Positions 1 through 11,339 of a DNA stretch of 64,000 nt are shown here, in pieces. Position 1 is the first letter of the stretch. Every line of letters begins with the position of its first letter. A program made the translations under genes and the position numbers. The stretch comes from Candidatus Hydrogenedentota bacterium. Lineage in GTDB: Bacteria; Hydrogenedentota; Hydrogenedentia; Hydrogenedentales; SLHB01. A model generated the notes under the pieces. The model saw nothing but the letters and a program-made list of their open reading frames with translations. It did not search any database and had not been told where the DNA came from. The stretch covers positions 30,647-94,646 of the forward strand of contig CAVUWV010000030.1 in assembly GCA_963745075.1 (NCBI GenBank). The letters are read 5' to 3'.

Positions 1-1
1 G

Positions 2-2074
2 ATTAGGCAATTAACTACGCAGATGCACCACGTGGGAGATGAGGAGGTCCCGCTTCTGGAAGCGGCAAACGGGTTGAAGTATCAAGTCCAGGCGAGCGTG
101 GGTCGGATGGAGGAATTGCGGTCTGCGACGGCCGTGATCGCGATCGCACAGACCGACAAGGTGGACGCGATCGAGTCGGAGTACCAGAAGGCGGCAGACG
201 CGTTTGAGACCTACCTTTCGGCGGCACAGGAGGGCGGTCAGATCGAGGGTGGCCTTACGGTCGTCAAGACGGATGACACCGAGTTACTTGATCTATTGGC
301 GCGCGGAGATAAACTGCACAATGACGAGTTCGGTCCTGCGGCTGAAGAGATTGTGGAGCACGCCCGGGAACTTGTAGCGGCCAAGAAGGCGGCTGATGCT
401 GGCATGGAGGAGCAAGACCAGCAGTTTGATCTCTTTGTAAAGGCGTTGGATGCCATGGAGCAGAGGATTCTCGGCATCTTTGTGAAGGACAAAGATGCCG
501 CTACTACGGTGGAAGAACTCCGGAAGGTCACCGACCAAGATACTCCGTTAATCGACGCGGTGATGGACATGCGGCTGGCAGTTGCGATGGGCCGAGTACG
601 GATCGAGGAACTCGCACAGTCGACTGATCGGGAAAGTACCAATGAGGGGAAACAGCGATTCGATGAGGAAATGGCACGCTTCGACCAAGTGAGTAACGCT
701 CTACGCAGGGGTGGCGAAATTGGCGAGGTTACTGTCGAGCCGATTAAGGACAATGAACTCCTGGGGCTTCTTGATGCGTGTGATGCAGCGCACGACGGCT
801 ATTTAGAAAAGGCGAACGCCCTGATGGAGGGCCAACTGGGGCTGATCGATACCGCCGACGCCGCTAAGGCCGCGGCCGTACGATTGGCCAAGGCCGGGGA
901 TGATATCCAGAATTTGTTCAAGGAATCGGCGCAGATGGCGCGGGACGAAGTGGAAAGTGCACAGGTAGCTGGTGAATCTGCGGCCGCTCGCGCAACCACC
1001 ACGATGATTATTATCGTGCTCGTTTCGGTCGTGTTGGGCATCTTGATTGGCGTATTGGTGACTCGATCGATTACGAAGCCGATCAACGCCATTATCGAAG
1101 GACTCCGCGGTGGAGCGTCCCAGGTAACTGCGGCGTCGCAGCAGGTGGCGGAATCGAGTCAGTCGATGGCGGAAGGCGCCAGCGAGCAAGCGTCGTCGCT
1201 GGAAGAGACCTCGGCATCGTTGGAAGAGATGGCGTCCATGACCCGGCAAAATGCCGACAATGCGCGCCAGGCGAACACGATGACTGCGGAAGCCAGTGAA
1301 GCGGCGGGTTCCGGCGAAAAGGCTATGGAACGGATGTCCGACGCGATTAACAAGATCAAGACATCGTCGGACAAGACGGCCAAGATCATCAAGACCATCG
1401 ACGAGATCGCCTTCCAAACGAATCTCCTGGCGTTGAACGCAGCGGTTGAAGCGGCCCGTGCGGGCGAGGCCGGAAAAGGGTTTGCGGTGGTGGCCGAGGA
1501 AGTACGGAATCTCGCACAACGAAGTGCTGAGGCCGCGCGCGACACATCGGCGCTCATCGAGGAATCGCAACAGAACGCGGATGGCGGCGTAGAAGTCAGC
1601 GCCGAAGTGGCCTCGATTTTGAGTTCCATCGGCGCCGGCGTACAGAAGGTGAACCAGCTCGTCAGCGAAGTTGCCGCGGGAAGTTCCGAGCAATCGCAGG
1701 GCATCGAACAGATCAATCTCGCGGTCGCACAGATGGATCAGGTGACGCAATCCAACGCCGCCAATTCCGAAGAGGCGGCCGCCGCTAGCGAGGAGTTGTC
1801 GGCGCAGGCGCGGGAGTTGAACGACATGGTGGCGGTATTGACCGCCCTGGTATCCGGCGGAAACGCCAGCCAGGTGGACAGCGTTTCACCGCCGCCTCGA
1901 CGTGGGGCCCGCAAAGCGGCGCAACCGCCCGTCGAGCGGCGTAAGGTGGCCGTACACCATCCGGCCTTAACGGCTCCGGCCCACCGCGACGGTTCGAATG
2001 GTAAGAAGCCCGAAAAGGTAACGTCGCCGGAAGAGATTATTCCGTTGGACGACGCGGATTTGGCAGACTTCTAA
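2..2074 (+). CDS. Methyl-accepting chemotaxis protein (5' end lies before the window)
   Basis: MCP signalling hairpin [39 protein letters not shown]2 [18 protein letters not shown]; frame open to the window edge ([15 protein letters not shown] aligns with [15 protein letters not shown] of the next paralogue); C-terminal [12 protein letters not shown]. Confidence 0.95.
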   Translation: MRQLTTQMHHVGDEEVPLLEAANGLKYQVQASVGRMEELRSATAVIAIAQTDKVDAIESEYQKAADAFETYLSAAQEGGQIEGGLTVVKTDDTELLDLLARGDKLHNDEFGPAAEEIVEHARELVAAKKAADAGMEEQDQQFDLFVKALDAMEQRILGIFVKDKDAATTVEELRKVTDQDTPLIDAVMDMRLAVAMGRVRIEELAQSTDRESTNEGKQRFDEEMARFDQVSNALRRGGEIGEVTVEPIKDNELLGLLDACDAAHDGYLEKANALMEGQLGLIDTADAAKAAAVRLAKAGDDIQNLFKESAQMARDEVESAQVAGESAAARATTTMIIIVLVSVVLGILIGVLVTRSITKPINAIIEGLRGGASQVTAASQQVAESSQSMAEGASEQASSLEETSASLEEMASMTRQNADNARQANTMTAEASEAAGSGEKAMERMSDAINKIKTSSDKTAKIIKTIDEIAFQTNLLALNAAVEAARAGEAGKGFAVVAEEVRNLAQRSAEAARDTSALIEESQQNADGGVEVSAEVASILSSIGAGVQKVNQLVSEVAAGSSEQSQGIEQINLAVAQMDQVTQSNAANSEEAAAASEELSAQARELNDMVAVLTALVSGGNASQVDSVSPPPRRGARKAAQPPVERRKVAVHHPALTAPAHRDGSNGKKPEKVTSPEEIIPLDDADLADF

Positions 2075-2799
2075 GCGCACCGCGATTATGCAACGACCCC
2101 AGAGAATCTGCTCGCATGCACGGTAGCCGGAACGCAGCACCGTGCATGTGAGCAGCGTCTCGGTGATTCTCGGGCCCGGAAATCTCACACACACCAAACG
2201 TTGGATCGGTAACCCCAACCCGCTCTAGGTCTTCACATGTAGGTGCGTGCTTTTTGGGTTGACAGAGTGCGTGTGAGAATTCGCTCAACCACGCCCACGG
2301 TGTGGCCGTATTTCTCGAAAGCAATTCTCACCGCACCCAAGGTGCCGGTCTGCAAGACAACGTCGTTCCGGTGGTGAGAAATTCGCCTAGGCAGGTAGAT
2401 TAGGGGCTGTCTACCTTCGATCCTACTAAGAACTTCTACCAAAAACCAAGTCGTCAGATTGTGGTGCAGCCATCCTGGCTGCTTTTGGCTGATGGAGAAG
2501 GCAGGCAAGAATGCCCGCACCACAATGGCTCGGACAGGTATGTTTTTTGTTAAAAGTTTTAAGTCAGGAGAAGGTTCTATGTTGCAAAATAAGCGAAAAA
2601 CCATTAATAGTATTAAACGAAAAATAGGCTTGAATTAGCTGGAATTCTCATATATATTAGGAGCAGAATTCGATAAAATGCTGCAAGTATGCGGGTTTTA
2701 CGGTTCAGGGGGCTTTTGGCCGTGTTCTCTTCCTGCGTCGATAGGGGGTCCTATTGTCGACGACCAAGGCCGTAACGTGAGATAAGGAGAGAAGTTATC

Positions 2800-4971
2800 A
2801 TGTTTCACAATCGATCGCTGGGGTTTAAGATAGTCAGTGGATACATCTTGATAATCTTATTCGTTGGTATTACAGGAGTTACGGGGTACTTGGGGATCCG
2901 GCAATTGGCGGCTCAGTTGCACCGTGTGGGGGATGAGGAGGCCCCCCTTCTGGAGGCGGCGGACGGATTGAAGTTCCAGATTCAGGCGAGCGTACGGCGG
3001 ATGGAAGAGTTGCGATCGGCGTCAGCGGTCATCGCGATAGCGCAACCGGAGAAAATAGACGAAATCGAGTCGGAATATCAGAATGCGGCGGATGCCTTCG
3101 AGTCCGATCTGGCGGCGGCACGGGAGGGCGGTCAAACCGCGGACGGTATAACGGTGATCAAGACGGATGACACGGAATTGCTCGGTCTGTTAGCGCAGGG
3201 CGACAAGTTGCACAACGACGAGTTTGGCCCTGCGGCGGAGCAGATTATCGAACATTCCAAGGAACTTGTCGCGGCCAAGCAAGAGTCGGACGCCGGGATG
3301 GAGAAGCAGGACGAGCAATTCGCGGTCATGATGAAGTCCCTGGACGACATGGAGGGGAAGATCCTGGATGGGTTTGTGCGGGACAAGAACGCCGCGACCA
3401 CGTTGGAAGAACTCCGGACCGTGACGGATCGGGATACTCCGCTCATTGATGCCGTGATGGACATGCGGCTTGCGGTTGCCATGAGCCGGATTCGCCTGGA
3501 AGAACTTGCACAAACGACGGACCTGAAAGCCGTGGACGAAGGACAGCAAGGCTTTGAAGAACAGAAGAACAACTTTGACGCGGTGACCGAAGTCCTCCGG
3601 GAAGGCGGCCAGCGTGGCGAGGTAACGGTCGAACCGGTTCGCGACAGCGAGTTGCTGGGGCTTCTCGACGCATGCGACACCGCCCACGATGTGTATATGG
3701 GTCAAGCGGATGCGATGATCGCGGATCAGCGGTCGTTGATTGGAACGGCCAGCGCCGCTCGGGAAGCGGCCCAACGCCTGGCCACGGCCGGGGACGACAT
3801 CCAGAAGCTTTTCGGGCAGTCGGCTGAGATGTCGCGCGGTGAAATGGACAATGCGCGGGAGGCGGGTGAATCGGCAGCGGCCCGGGCCACGACGATCATG
3901 ACGATCATAATCCTTCTTTCCGCGGTAATCGGGTTAGCGGTCGGTGTGTTGTTAACGTACTCGATCACCAAGCCTGTCAATCGGATCATCGACGGCCTCA
4001 GCTTTGGGGCGGACCAGGTGAATGCGGCTTCACAGCAGGTTGCGGCGGCAAGCCAGTCCATGGCGGAAGGCGCCAGCGAGCAGGCGTCTTCGCTGGAAGA
4101 AACGTCCGCGTCGTTGGAGGAGATGGCATCCATGACGCGGCAGAATGCGGATAACGCACGCCAAGCAAACACGATGACGGAGAACGCCAGTCAGGCGGCG
4201 TCCAAGGGTGGTCAGGCGATGGGTCGGATGTCCGAAGCCATTTCCAAGATTAAGGAGTCGTCGGATCAAACCGCGAAGATCATCAAGACGATCGATGAGA
4301 TCGCCTTCCAGACCAACCTTCTGGCCCTGAACGCGGCGGTCGAGGCGGCGCGGGCCGGTGAAGCGGGCAAGGGTTTTGCGGTAGTGGCGGAAGAAGTCCG
4401 CAGTCTGGCGCAGCGCAGCGCGCAGGCGGCAAAGGATACGTCGGAACTGATCGAGGGTTCGCAGCGCAACGCCGACAACGGGGTCGAGGTGAGCCAGGAG
4501 GTCGCGTCCATATTGGGGGCCATTTCGGAATCGGTTCAAAAGGTCAACCAGTTGGTAAGCGAAGTCGCCGCGGGCAGCAACGAACAGGCGCAGGGCATCG
4601 ATCAGATCAATGTGGCGATGTCGCAAATGGACAAGGTGACGCAGTCCAGCGCGGCCAACTCCGAGGAAGCTGCGGCAGCGAGCGAAGAATTGTCTGGGCA
4701 AGCCAGCGAGTTGACGGACATGGTGCGGGATCTTACGCAGATTGTGTCCGGCGGCAACGGGACGAACGGACGGGCGGTAGCGACCAACGGCAAGCGCGCG
4801 TCGCACGCGGTAAAGACGCATGCCGCCGAGCAGGGGCGCCGTGTGACCGATCATGCGCTCGCACTGGCGGCGCCGGAGCGGCACGGCCAATCCCGGAAAC
4901 GGGATGCGGCCAAGGTGAAAACGCCGGAGGAAGTCATTCCACTGGACGATACGGACTTGGCGGACTTCTAA
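2800..4971 (+). CDS. Methyl-accepting chemotaxis protein, paralogue of the upstream gene
   Basis: RBS AAGGAGAG before ATG; TM1, large helical periplasmic domain, TM2, MCP signalling domain; C-terminal [12 protein letters not shown]. Confidence 0.96.
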   Translation: MFHNRSLGFKIVSGYILIILFVGITGVTGYLGIRQLAAQLHRVGDEEAPLLEAADGLKFQIQASVRRMEELRSASAVIAIAQPEKIDEIESEYQNAADAFESDLAAAREGGQTADGITVIKTDDTELLGLLAQGDKLHNDEFGPAAEQIIEHSKELVAAKQESDAGMEKQDEQFAVMMKSLDDMEGKILDGFVRDKNAATTLEELRTVTDRDTPLIDAVMDMRLAVAMSRIRLEELAQTTDLKAVDEGQQGFEEQKNNFDAVTEVLREGGQRGEVTVEPVRDSELLGLLDACDTAHDVYMGQADAMIADQRSLIGTASAAREAAQRLATAGDDIQKLFGQSAEMSRGEMDNAREAGESAAARATTIMTIIILLSAVIGLAVGVLLTYSITKPVNRIIDGLSFGADQVNAASQQVAAASQSMAEGASEQASSLEETSASLEEMASMTRQNADNARQANTMTENASQAASKGGQAMGRMSEAISKIKESSDQTAKIIKTIDEIAFQTNLLALNAAVEAARAGEAGKGFAVVAEEVRSLAQRSAQAAKDTSELIEGSQRNADNGVEVSQEVASILGAISESVQKVNQLVSEVAAGSNEQAQGIDQINVAMSQMDKVTQSSAANSEEAAAASEELSGQASELTDMVRDLTQIVSGGNGTNGRAVATNGKRASHAVKTHAAEQGRRVTDHALALAAPERHGQSRKRDAAKVKTPEEVIPLDDTDLADF

Positions 4972-5008
4972 TATGTCCATTACCTGTGTATTCTACTAAC
5001 GGGGTTTT

Positions 5009-5036
5009 CCGCCGCCGGATGCGGATCCGGCGGCGG
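5009..5036. terminator. Perfect 12-bp GC-rich hairpin after the second MCP (terminator or mRNA stabiliser)
   Basis: CCGCCGCCGGAT-GCGG-ATCCGGCGGCGG; no clear U-tract on +. Confidence 0.5.
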
Positions 5037-5087
5037 GAATCGACCGCGATAACGAGTGGGAAGTGTGAATTACGCGGAGGGGAGACC

Positions 5088-6761
5088 ATGCGGAGTATCA
5101 CAGGGATTGTTTTGTTCGGCATCATTGCGGCGGGTTTTTCGGGGGTGGCGGTTGCGGATCTGCAGAACGTGACCGTCGGGGGCAAGCTGGAGATCTATGG
5201 GGCGTGGTATTCGGAATTCTTCGAGCCCAATGACGGCCAGATTCGGATACCGGATTTCTTTCTGCCCGGCCGTCCGATCGGTCCGAATGGGACGGCGTCG
5301 GTCATTCGTTCCGGGGGCAGCGGCAACGAGCTAAGCTTTTTCGAGCAGCGGACGCGACTATCCGTGGACGCGGATTTCACGAACAACGTGCGCGGGTTTA
5401 TCGAGTTCGATTCGATCGATACCTGGGGTGAAGATTTTCGGAGCGACTATTTGACCGGGGCCGACGGCCGCGCCTTTACCGGCGACGATCTCGAGTTGTA
5501 TCAGGCGTTCATCGACGTGGACGGGATGTTTGGCCGTCCGTTGCGTTTGCGCATTGGCCGGCAGGAATTGGAGTTTGGTTCGGGCTGGCTCGTCGGCGCC
5601 GATCCGGGGCCGGACCCGTTTGTGGGGCTATCGTTCGACGCGATCCGTCTGGATTACACGCTTGACGAAATCCAGGTTACGGGGTGGTGGGCGAAAGTTG
5701 CTGAGCGGGGTATTCGGGAGCAGGATGGGGACACGGACTTCATGGGGGTGTATCTGACCTTCAGCGAATCCGGCGATGCGCCTACGCAAAGTGGCTTGCG
5801 GTTGGAGGAAACCATCTTCCCCATCCACATGCTGTATCACACCATGCGGCACGGTCCGATGCGCGGGCGATTGGCGCATCCGACTGAAGAAGTGACGTTC
5901 GACTTGTACTGGATGTATCTCCGCGATGGGGCTTCGCAGAATGATACGAACTTCATCGCGCCCATCGAGTGGTTGGAGGATGTGTTCCGGCTGGACGACT
6001 ATGACGTGACCAACCTGCACACGGTGGGCGCGCGTGGCGCCGGAAATGTGAACCGGTTCGACTGGGAGTTGGAAGCCGCGTACCAATGGGGTGATGCGGA
6101 CTCGGTGGGCGCGCTGTTCCTTCCGAACGGGCAAATCTATGGCGACGATGGCGCGTCGTGGAATGCCTGGGGCGGTCATACGGAGATAGGCTATACCGTT
6201 GACGGGGAATTGCAGATTCGGCCGTTCCTGGGCGCGGCGTACTACGGCGGCGAAGATAATCGGGACCTGTCGTTCCGGGAATGGATCAACCCTTTCTACC
6301 GGTCGGACGCGAGCGTGTCATTCAACCGGCTGTATTCGTCGTGGCGGGAAGACTCGTTTATCGACGCGTCGGCCATGACAAACTTCTGGAAAGCTTACGC
6401 AGGGTTCACGATGACGCCCACGCCGGCCATCGAACTTGGCGGGTCGGCGGTATACCTGGAGACGCTGGAGCCTTTCGACCGGCCGGCAACGTTCAGCGTG
6501 GGCGATTGGCAGGTGCCGTTGGCGCCCGCGCTGGCCTTCTGGACCGACCAGGGCTCTAATGAGCTCGGCTGGCAGACCAACTTGTGGCTGGTCTACAACT
6601 ATACCGAGGACCTTTCCTTTGAAGTGGGCTGGAGTCATTACTTTGTCGGTGAAGGCATCGACGATGGTGCATTCATTGACGAGAATGGTTTGACCTTCAT
6701 TGGCGGACAAGACAAGAACGACGCGGATTATGTGTATTTTCTGACGACGCTGGAGTTCTAG
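5088..6761 (+). CDS. Outer-membrane beta-barrel, alginate export (AlgE-like) family protein
   Basis: RBS GGAGGGGAG; signal peptide MRSITGIVLFGIIAAGFSGVAVA; motifs EQRTRL.VDADF, LYQAFID, LRIGRQEL.FGSGWLVG, SFDAIRL; ends in alternating strand YFLTTLEF with C-terminal Phe. Confidence 0.8.
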   Translation: MRSITGIVLFGIIAAGFSGVAVADLQNVTVGGKLEIYGAWYSEFFEPNDGQIRIPDFFLPGRPIGPNGTASVIRSGGSGNELSFFEQRTRLSVDADFTNNVRGFIEFDSIDTWGEDFRSDYLTGADGRAFTGDDLELYQAFIDVDGMFGRPLRLRIGRQELEFGSGWLVGADPGPDPFVGLSFDAIRLDYTLDEIQVTGWWAKVAERGIREQDGDTDFMGVYLTFSESGDAPTQSGLRLEETIFPIHMLYHTMRHGPMRGRLAHPTEEVTFDLYWMYLRDGASQNDTNFIAPIEWLEDVFRLDDYDVTNLHTVGARGAGNVNRFDWELEAAYQWGDADSVGALFLPNGQIYGDDGASWNAWGGHTEIGYTVDGELQIRPFLGAAYYGGEDNRDLSFREWINPFYRSDASVSFNRLYSSWREDSFIDASAMTNFWKAYAGFTMTPTPAIELGGSAVYLETLEPFDRPATFSVGDWQVPLAPALAFWTDQGSNELGWQTNLWLVYNYTEDLSFEVGWSHYFVGEGIDDGAFIDENGLTFIGGQDKNDADYVYFLTTLEF

Positions 6762-6784
6762 GATCTGGCCTTGAACGCTGGATG

Positions 6785-6825
6785 ACCCCGTCGTGGCAGT
6801 CACGCTGCGACGGGGTTGTTCTTTT
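6785..6825 (+). terminator. Rho-independent terminator
   Basis: ACCCCGTCGTGGC...GCTGCGACGGGGT followed by TGTTCTTTT, between convergent genes. Confidence 0.75.
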
Positions 6826-6879
6826 GCGATTACGATGGGAAGATCGCAGGACTGGCGGGGCAATTCCGCTTGATGGTGT

Positions 6880-7278
6880 TTACGCGGATGGCGTGAGCTG
6901 GATCCAGACTTTTCGGGTGCGGGGGCCGTCGAATTCGCAGAAGTAGATGGACTGCCAGGTGCCGAATTGGAGTTTGCCGTTGCGGATGAGGACTTGCTGG
7001 CTGAAGCCCATCATGCTGGCTTTGACGTGGGCGGCGGCATTGCCTTCGGCGTGGGCGTAGCCCCCCTCCCAGGGCACGTTGCGTTCGAGAATCATCTTCA
7101 TGTCGCGTACCACGTCGGGGTCGGCGTTTTCGTTGATGGTGATGCCGGCGGTGGTGTGCGGCACGAAGATGGTGCAGACGCCATCGCGCAGGCCGGAGTC
7201 GCTGACGACGCGCTGCACGTCGCGATCGATGTTGAGGAACTGGCAATGGTCGCGGGTGGAGATGGTGATTTCGTGCAT
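6880..7278 (-). CDS. yjbQ: YjbQ/UPF0047 family protein (secondary thiamine-phosphate synthase)
   Basis: Signature PHTTAGITINENADPDV...HAEGNAAAHVKAS...GTWQSIYFCEFDGPR. Confidence 0.92.
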   Translation of the reverse strand: MHEITISTRDHCQFLNIDRDVQRVVSDSGLRDGVCTIFVPHTTAGITINENADPDVVRDMKMILERNVPWEGGYAHAEGNAAAHVKASMMGFSQQVLIRNGKLQFGTWQSIYFCEFDGPRTRKVWIQLTPSA

Positions 7279-7387
7279 GGTGTTGGTTCCCGGATTTTTG
7301 CGGCTGTGGATTAGCGGTAGTGTACCACGAAGAAGCGATCGGACGGATCGGGAACATCAGGCTTTACCGTACGCCGGCGCAAATCGA

Positions 7388-8599
7388 TCAAATCCGGATG
7401 AAGATCTTCTTCTTGTACAGGAACCGCAGCAAGAGGAAGAGCAGCGCCATGGCGGTTACTGTCGTCAGGAGATCGCCATAGCGGCCGGCGGCGTTCTGGA
7501 CGTGTCCCCCGACGAAGAGTTTGGCGAGGTCTTCGAATTCGACAAAGCGCACGGCAAGATACGCGGTCAGGGCGTTGGAGCCAATCCAGATGAAGGGCGT
7601 AGACCATTTCCGGAGTTTCCAGACATCGATGATCAGGTAGAACGAGCCGAGTAGGAGGAGACTGAAGCCGCCCGCGGCCAAGACGTAGGAGGAGGACCAG
7701 ATCTTCTTGATGATCGGGAATTGATGCCCCCATAGAAAGCCTGCGGCGACGCAGATAACACCGGCGGCAAGGAGGATACCGACCTTTTTGTATCCGGTCA
7801 GGGATCGGTTCTTGAGCAACAAGCCGGCGAACACCCCCAGCAGCGCCGAGGCGACGGCCGGAATGCTGCTCAGCAGGCCTTCGGGGTCCCAGTAGGTGTC
7901 CCAGCGGCGGCCGGGCAGGTAGTGGTAGTCGATGTAGTTGGCCCAGTTGTTGCCCTGGTCGAAGGAAATGCCGCCGTGCCCCCAAGCGGGATTGACGGCC
8001 GTCAACGCGGGTTCGGCCGGAACGGGCACGAAGGAGAAGAAGGCCCAGTAGCCGACGAGTATGGCCACGCACGCAATGACGAGGTAACGCAGCCGGAAGT
8101 TGAGGTAGAGAATGCCGGCGAAGAAGTAGCTGATGGCGATGCGTTGCAACACACCGACGAATCGAAATTCAGGCCACAACTTTGACATGCCTCCGTAGTA
8201 AATGATGCCCAAGAGGTACAACAGGATGAATCGGCGGATAAGGCGCACGTGCGCTCGGGCCTTCCCTTCTTCCCGCACATGCTTGTCGAGGGAGAATGGA
8301 ATCGCCACGCCCATGAGAAAGACGAATAGCGGAAAGATAATGTCGTAGAAGTGGAGTCCCCGCCATTCGACGTGGCTCAGTTGTGTGGCGAGAAAACCGG
8401 TAACGCCGGAATGACCGATCTCGCTGAGACTGTGTACGAGGTCGTCAGCGCCGATGATCCAGAACATATCGAAACCACGCAGGGCATCGAGACTGATCAG
8501 CCGTTCGGTGATTCCGGGAACGTCAACGTCCGGGACCGGCAGTTCGTCGGGCGTAATTGGATCAAGGGGAGTGCTGTATTCGGGTGTCGTATCGGTCAT
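7388..8599 (-). CDS. Heparan-alpha-glucosaminide N-acetyltransferase-like membrane acyltransferase (DUF1624/DUF5009)
   Basis: RLISLDALRGFDMFWI, D.IFPLFVF.MG, GVLQRIA, DPEGLLS, PIIKKIWSSSYVL; about 10 TM helices. Confidence 0.88.
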   Translation of the reverse strand: MTDTTPEYSTPLDPITPDELPVPDVDVPGITERLISLDALRGFDMFWIIGADDLVHSLSEIGHSGVTGFLATQLSHVEWRGLHFYDIIFPLFVFLMGVAIPFSLDKHVREEGKARAHVRLIRRFILLYLLGIIYYGGMSKLWPEFRFVGVLQRIAISYFFAGILYLNFRLRYLVIACVAILVGYWAFFSFVPVPAEPALTAVNPAWGHGGISFDQGNNWANYIDYHYLPGRRWDTYWDPEGLLSSIPAVASALLGVFAGLLLKNRSLTGYKKVGILLAAGVICVAAGFLWGHQFPIIKKIWSSSYVLAAGGFSLLLLGSFYLIIDVWKLRKWSTPFIWIGSNALTAYLAVRFVEFEDLAKLFVGGHVQNAAGRYGDLLTTVTAMALLFLLLRFLYKKKIFIRI

Positions 8600-8737
8600 G
8601 GGTTGTCGGTACCTTCCAATTGATCATCGGGACTTGCTGGTTGGAACTATCCAAGTCGATGGGCGATGAATTCGCAGCACTATAATGAGGGGCGGGGGCA
8701 AGGTCAACTTGGGGGGATAAAAGATCGAACGAAGAAT

Positions 8738-8772
8738 CGATTACGATTACGAAGCACGATAACGATTACGAG
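8738..8772. repeat. Short degenerate tandem repeat of CGATTA-like hexamers
   Basis: CGATTA CGATTA CGAAGCA CGATAA CGATTA CGAG in an intergenic region. Confidence 0.6.
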
Positions 8773-8845
8773 GGGGAGAAGGTAATCGCATTCGATCTGG
8801 AGCAACGGGTCGATCTCCGCGGAATCGCCCTCCCCCAGTCCGCCG

Positions 8846-10534
8846 TCAATACTCGGCTTTGTTGAGGTTTCGGAGTCCGAGGCGCATGGGGAGCCAGGTG
8901 CTTGCGGCGCTGAGGATCGTAATAAAGACAATCGCGGCGGTGAGGGCGTAGGCAAAGGTATTGACGCCCCGGTAGGCATCGAGGGCGCGCCATTGCATGA
9001 CGAGGGTCTGGGTGCCGACCACGAGGGTAATGTACCCCATGCTGAGGAGGAAGTTGAGGGTCCCTCCCATGCCGGAGACGATGCGGGCGGGGTTGTCTTC
9101 CTGAAAGTTGGGGTAGAGGCTGCCCAACCCGACGGCAAGCCCGGAGAGCCCGAAGTTGGTGATGACGATGCTGTATACGGCGAGGGCGAAGTAGATGGGC
9201 TCGACGCCGAGCATGTAACAGGACAAGACAACGAGTGTGATCGTGAACACCGAAGTCGTGGATACGCTGAGCCAGAATTTTTGCCAGATGAGTTGGCGGT
9301 AGGTCAGCGGAGCAAGACCGATCACCCAGAAACGACGTCCTTCCAGGCTGATGAGCGGGTAAACAAAACGGCTTGTCAATGTGGCCAGGATCAAGGTGCA
9401 CGCGCCGATGTTCAGGCAGACGATCCAGTTGCGGTACGACGCGGTTTGGAATGCCGTCGATCGATCGCGCAGGCTCGCCACGTACACCGCCATGATGCCG
9501 AAGAAGATCACGAATTGAGACCACTGGGCCGGATCGCGCCAGAACAACCGGAAATCTTTGATGACCAGCGCGCGGTGCGGTTCGCGAAGGCCGCTGAAGA
9601 TGCGATCGATACGGGATAGCCACCCGCGCCCGGGCGGGGTCTTGCGATTCATGTCGTTTCCGGCGAGGTCGGACCATCCGGGATAGAAGATCCATTGCGC
9701 GATGCCCGCGGACACGAGGACCATCATCAATGCATTCGACAGGAGCACAAGGAAGAAGAACGCGGACTCGGTGAACTGACTTTCTGCGGCGGCGAGTACG
9801 CCGCGGGTTGCCCAGTGGCTGGGCAGGAGCCAGGATTGGGTGCGCGACATGGCGTCGAGCACGCTGCTGAAATTCGGATCGGAAAGATGAACATCGCGGA
9901 AAATGACACGGAGGTACAGGAAGACCATGGCGACCGCGATGGCGGCGGCGCCGACCATGCTGCCTCGCGGCAAGCGGGGAAAAACGCGGACCAACACCAT
10001 AGCGATGACCGCGCCGATGGCGGCGGGAATGCTGACGAAGGGCACGTAGAATGCGCCCGCGGCCAGATAGAAGGGCCACGGTGCGTCGTTTGTGATGCCG
10101 TAAGCCAGGATGAGCGGTGAACCCAAATAGGCCGAGGCCCAGGAACTGAAGGAGACGCATTCCACCAGCCGCGCCACGAAGAATTCCCACCAGGATATGG
10201 GGGCGTGCAGCAGATAGGCGACTTCGCGCGACTTGTAGAGCGTGGAGAAGGCGATCAGCACGTTGGAAAAGATCAGCATGAAGAACAGGGCCAACGCGAA
10301 GACGGACAACAATCGGGACATGATGATGTCGCCGAGGCTGATGCTACCCGGGTCGGCGCCGAAGCGCTTGAGCCAGTTGAAAGCGGCCCAGAAGGCGTAG
10401 TACGCGCCGAACCACAGGATCACGGCGGACGTGGACACCACCGCGACTTTCAACTTGGACTCGTCGCGGACGGAGGCGATGTGGTTTCGGGCGATGCGGG
10501 TTTTCGCCCAGAGCATGGCGCCCACGCGCGTCAT
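8846..10534 (-). CDS. ABC exporter permease (multi-TM, ABC-2-like)
   Basis: About 12 hydrophobic segments; motifs KDFRLFWRDPAQWSQ and YPLISLEGRRFW; 4-nt overlap with the ATPase gene. Confidence 0.82.
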   Translation of the reverse strand: MTRVGAMLWAKTRIARNHIASVRDESKLKVAVVSTSAVILWFGAYYAFWAAFNWLKRFGADPGSISLGDIIMSRLLSVFALALFFMLIFSNVLIAFSTLYKSREVAYLLHAPISWWEFFVARLVECVSFSSWASAYLGSPLILAYGITNDAPWPFYLAAGAFYVPFVSIPAAIGAVIAMVLVRVFPRLPRGSMVGAAAIAVAMVFLYLRVIFRDVHLSDPNFSSVLDAMSRTQSWLLPSHWATRGVLAAAESQFTESAFFFLVLLSNALMMVLVSAGIAQWIFYPGWSDLAGNDMNRKTPPGRGWLSRIDRIFSGLREPHRALVIKDFRLFWRDPAQWSQFVIFFGIMAVYVASLRDRSTAFQTASYRNWIVCLNIGACTLILATLTSRFVYPLISLEGRRFWVIGLAPLTYRQLIWQKFWLSVSTTSVFTITLVVLSCYMLGVEPIYFALAVYSIVITNFGLSGLAVGLGSLYPNFQEDNPARIVSGMGGTLNFLLSMGYITLVVGTQTLVMQWRALDAYRGVNTFAYALTAAIVFITILSAASTWLPMRLGLRNLNKAEY

Positions 10535-11262
10535 GTCGTGTCCTCGCCTCGGGTGAGTTCAAGGAAGACGTCTTCCAGGCTGCCGGGGTTACGTGAGAGG
10601 GCCAGGATCTCCTTGAGCGTGCCGATGTGCAGGAGTTTGCCGTTATGAATGATGCCGATGCGGTCGGCCACGTCTTCAATGATGCTCAGCGAGTGCGTAG
10701 ACATGAAGACGGTGACCCCCTCCCGCGTGCGCTGCTTGAGGTAGTCTTTGACGAACCGGATGTTCTTGGGATCGAGGCCGACCCAGGGTTCGTCGACGAC
10801 GACGATCTTCGGGTCGTGCAGGAAACACGTCGCGAATGACAGTTTCTGCCGCATGCCGTGACTGTAATTCTCGATGAGTTGATCGCCGACGTGGCGGATC
10901 TCGAAGAGTTCGAGCAATTCTTCGGAGGCGCCGTTTAGCGAGGCCGCCGGCAATTGATACAGCCCGGCGACGAATCGCATGAACTCGCGTCCCGTAAGTT
11001 TTTCGTAGAGGAAGGGTGTGTCCGGGATGTACCCGAGCAACGCCTTTGTCTTGACGGGATCTTTCTGGATGTCGAACCCGCCAAGGACCGCGCGGCCCCC
11101 GCTCGGCTTGATCAGGCCGGTCAGCATTTTGATGGTCGTCGTCTTCCCCGCTCCGTTCGGGCCGAGGAAACAGAAAAATTCGCCGGCGGCGATATTCAGA
11201 TTCAAGGACTGCACCGCCGCGTTTGCACCGAAACGTTTTGTGAGGTCGATGGTTTCGATCAT
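10531..11262 (-). CDS. ABC transporter ATP-binding protein
   Basis: Walker A GPNGAGKTT, signature YSHGMRQK, Walker B VVVDEP, H-loop STH. Confidence 0.95.
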   Translation of the reverse strand: MIETIDLTKRFGANAAVQSLNLNIAAGEFFCFLGPNGAGKTTTIKMLTGLIKPSGGRAVLGGFDIQKDPVKTKALLGYIPDTPFLYEKLTGREFMRFVAGLYQLPAASLNGASEELLELFEIRHVGDQLIENYSHGMRQKLSFATCFLHDPKIVVVDEPWVGLDPKNIRFVKDYLKQRTREGVTVFMSTHSLSIIEDVADRIGIIHNGKLLHIGTLKEILALSRNPGSLEDVFLELTRGEDTT

Positions 11263-11339
11263 GGACTAACCCTGCAATGAAGAAACGATGTCCGTCTGAG
11301 ATTCTATGCCTTGGCGCCCCAATTTTGCACGACGTACCG

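Noticed and set aside
2540..2799. Sigma-28 promoter or c-di-GMP riboswitch upstream of the second MCP
   Set aside because: Only a partial CGATAA match without a spaced TAAA; no GEMM core motifs found by eye
803..4980. Long minus-strand ORFs (803-1750, 4030-4980 and others) that resemble each other
   Set aside because: Antisense shadows of the duplicated MCP genes
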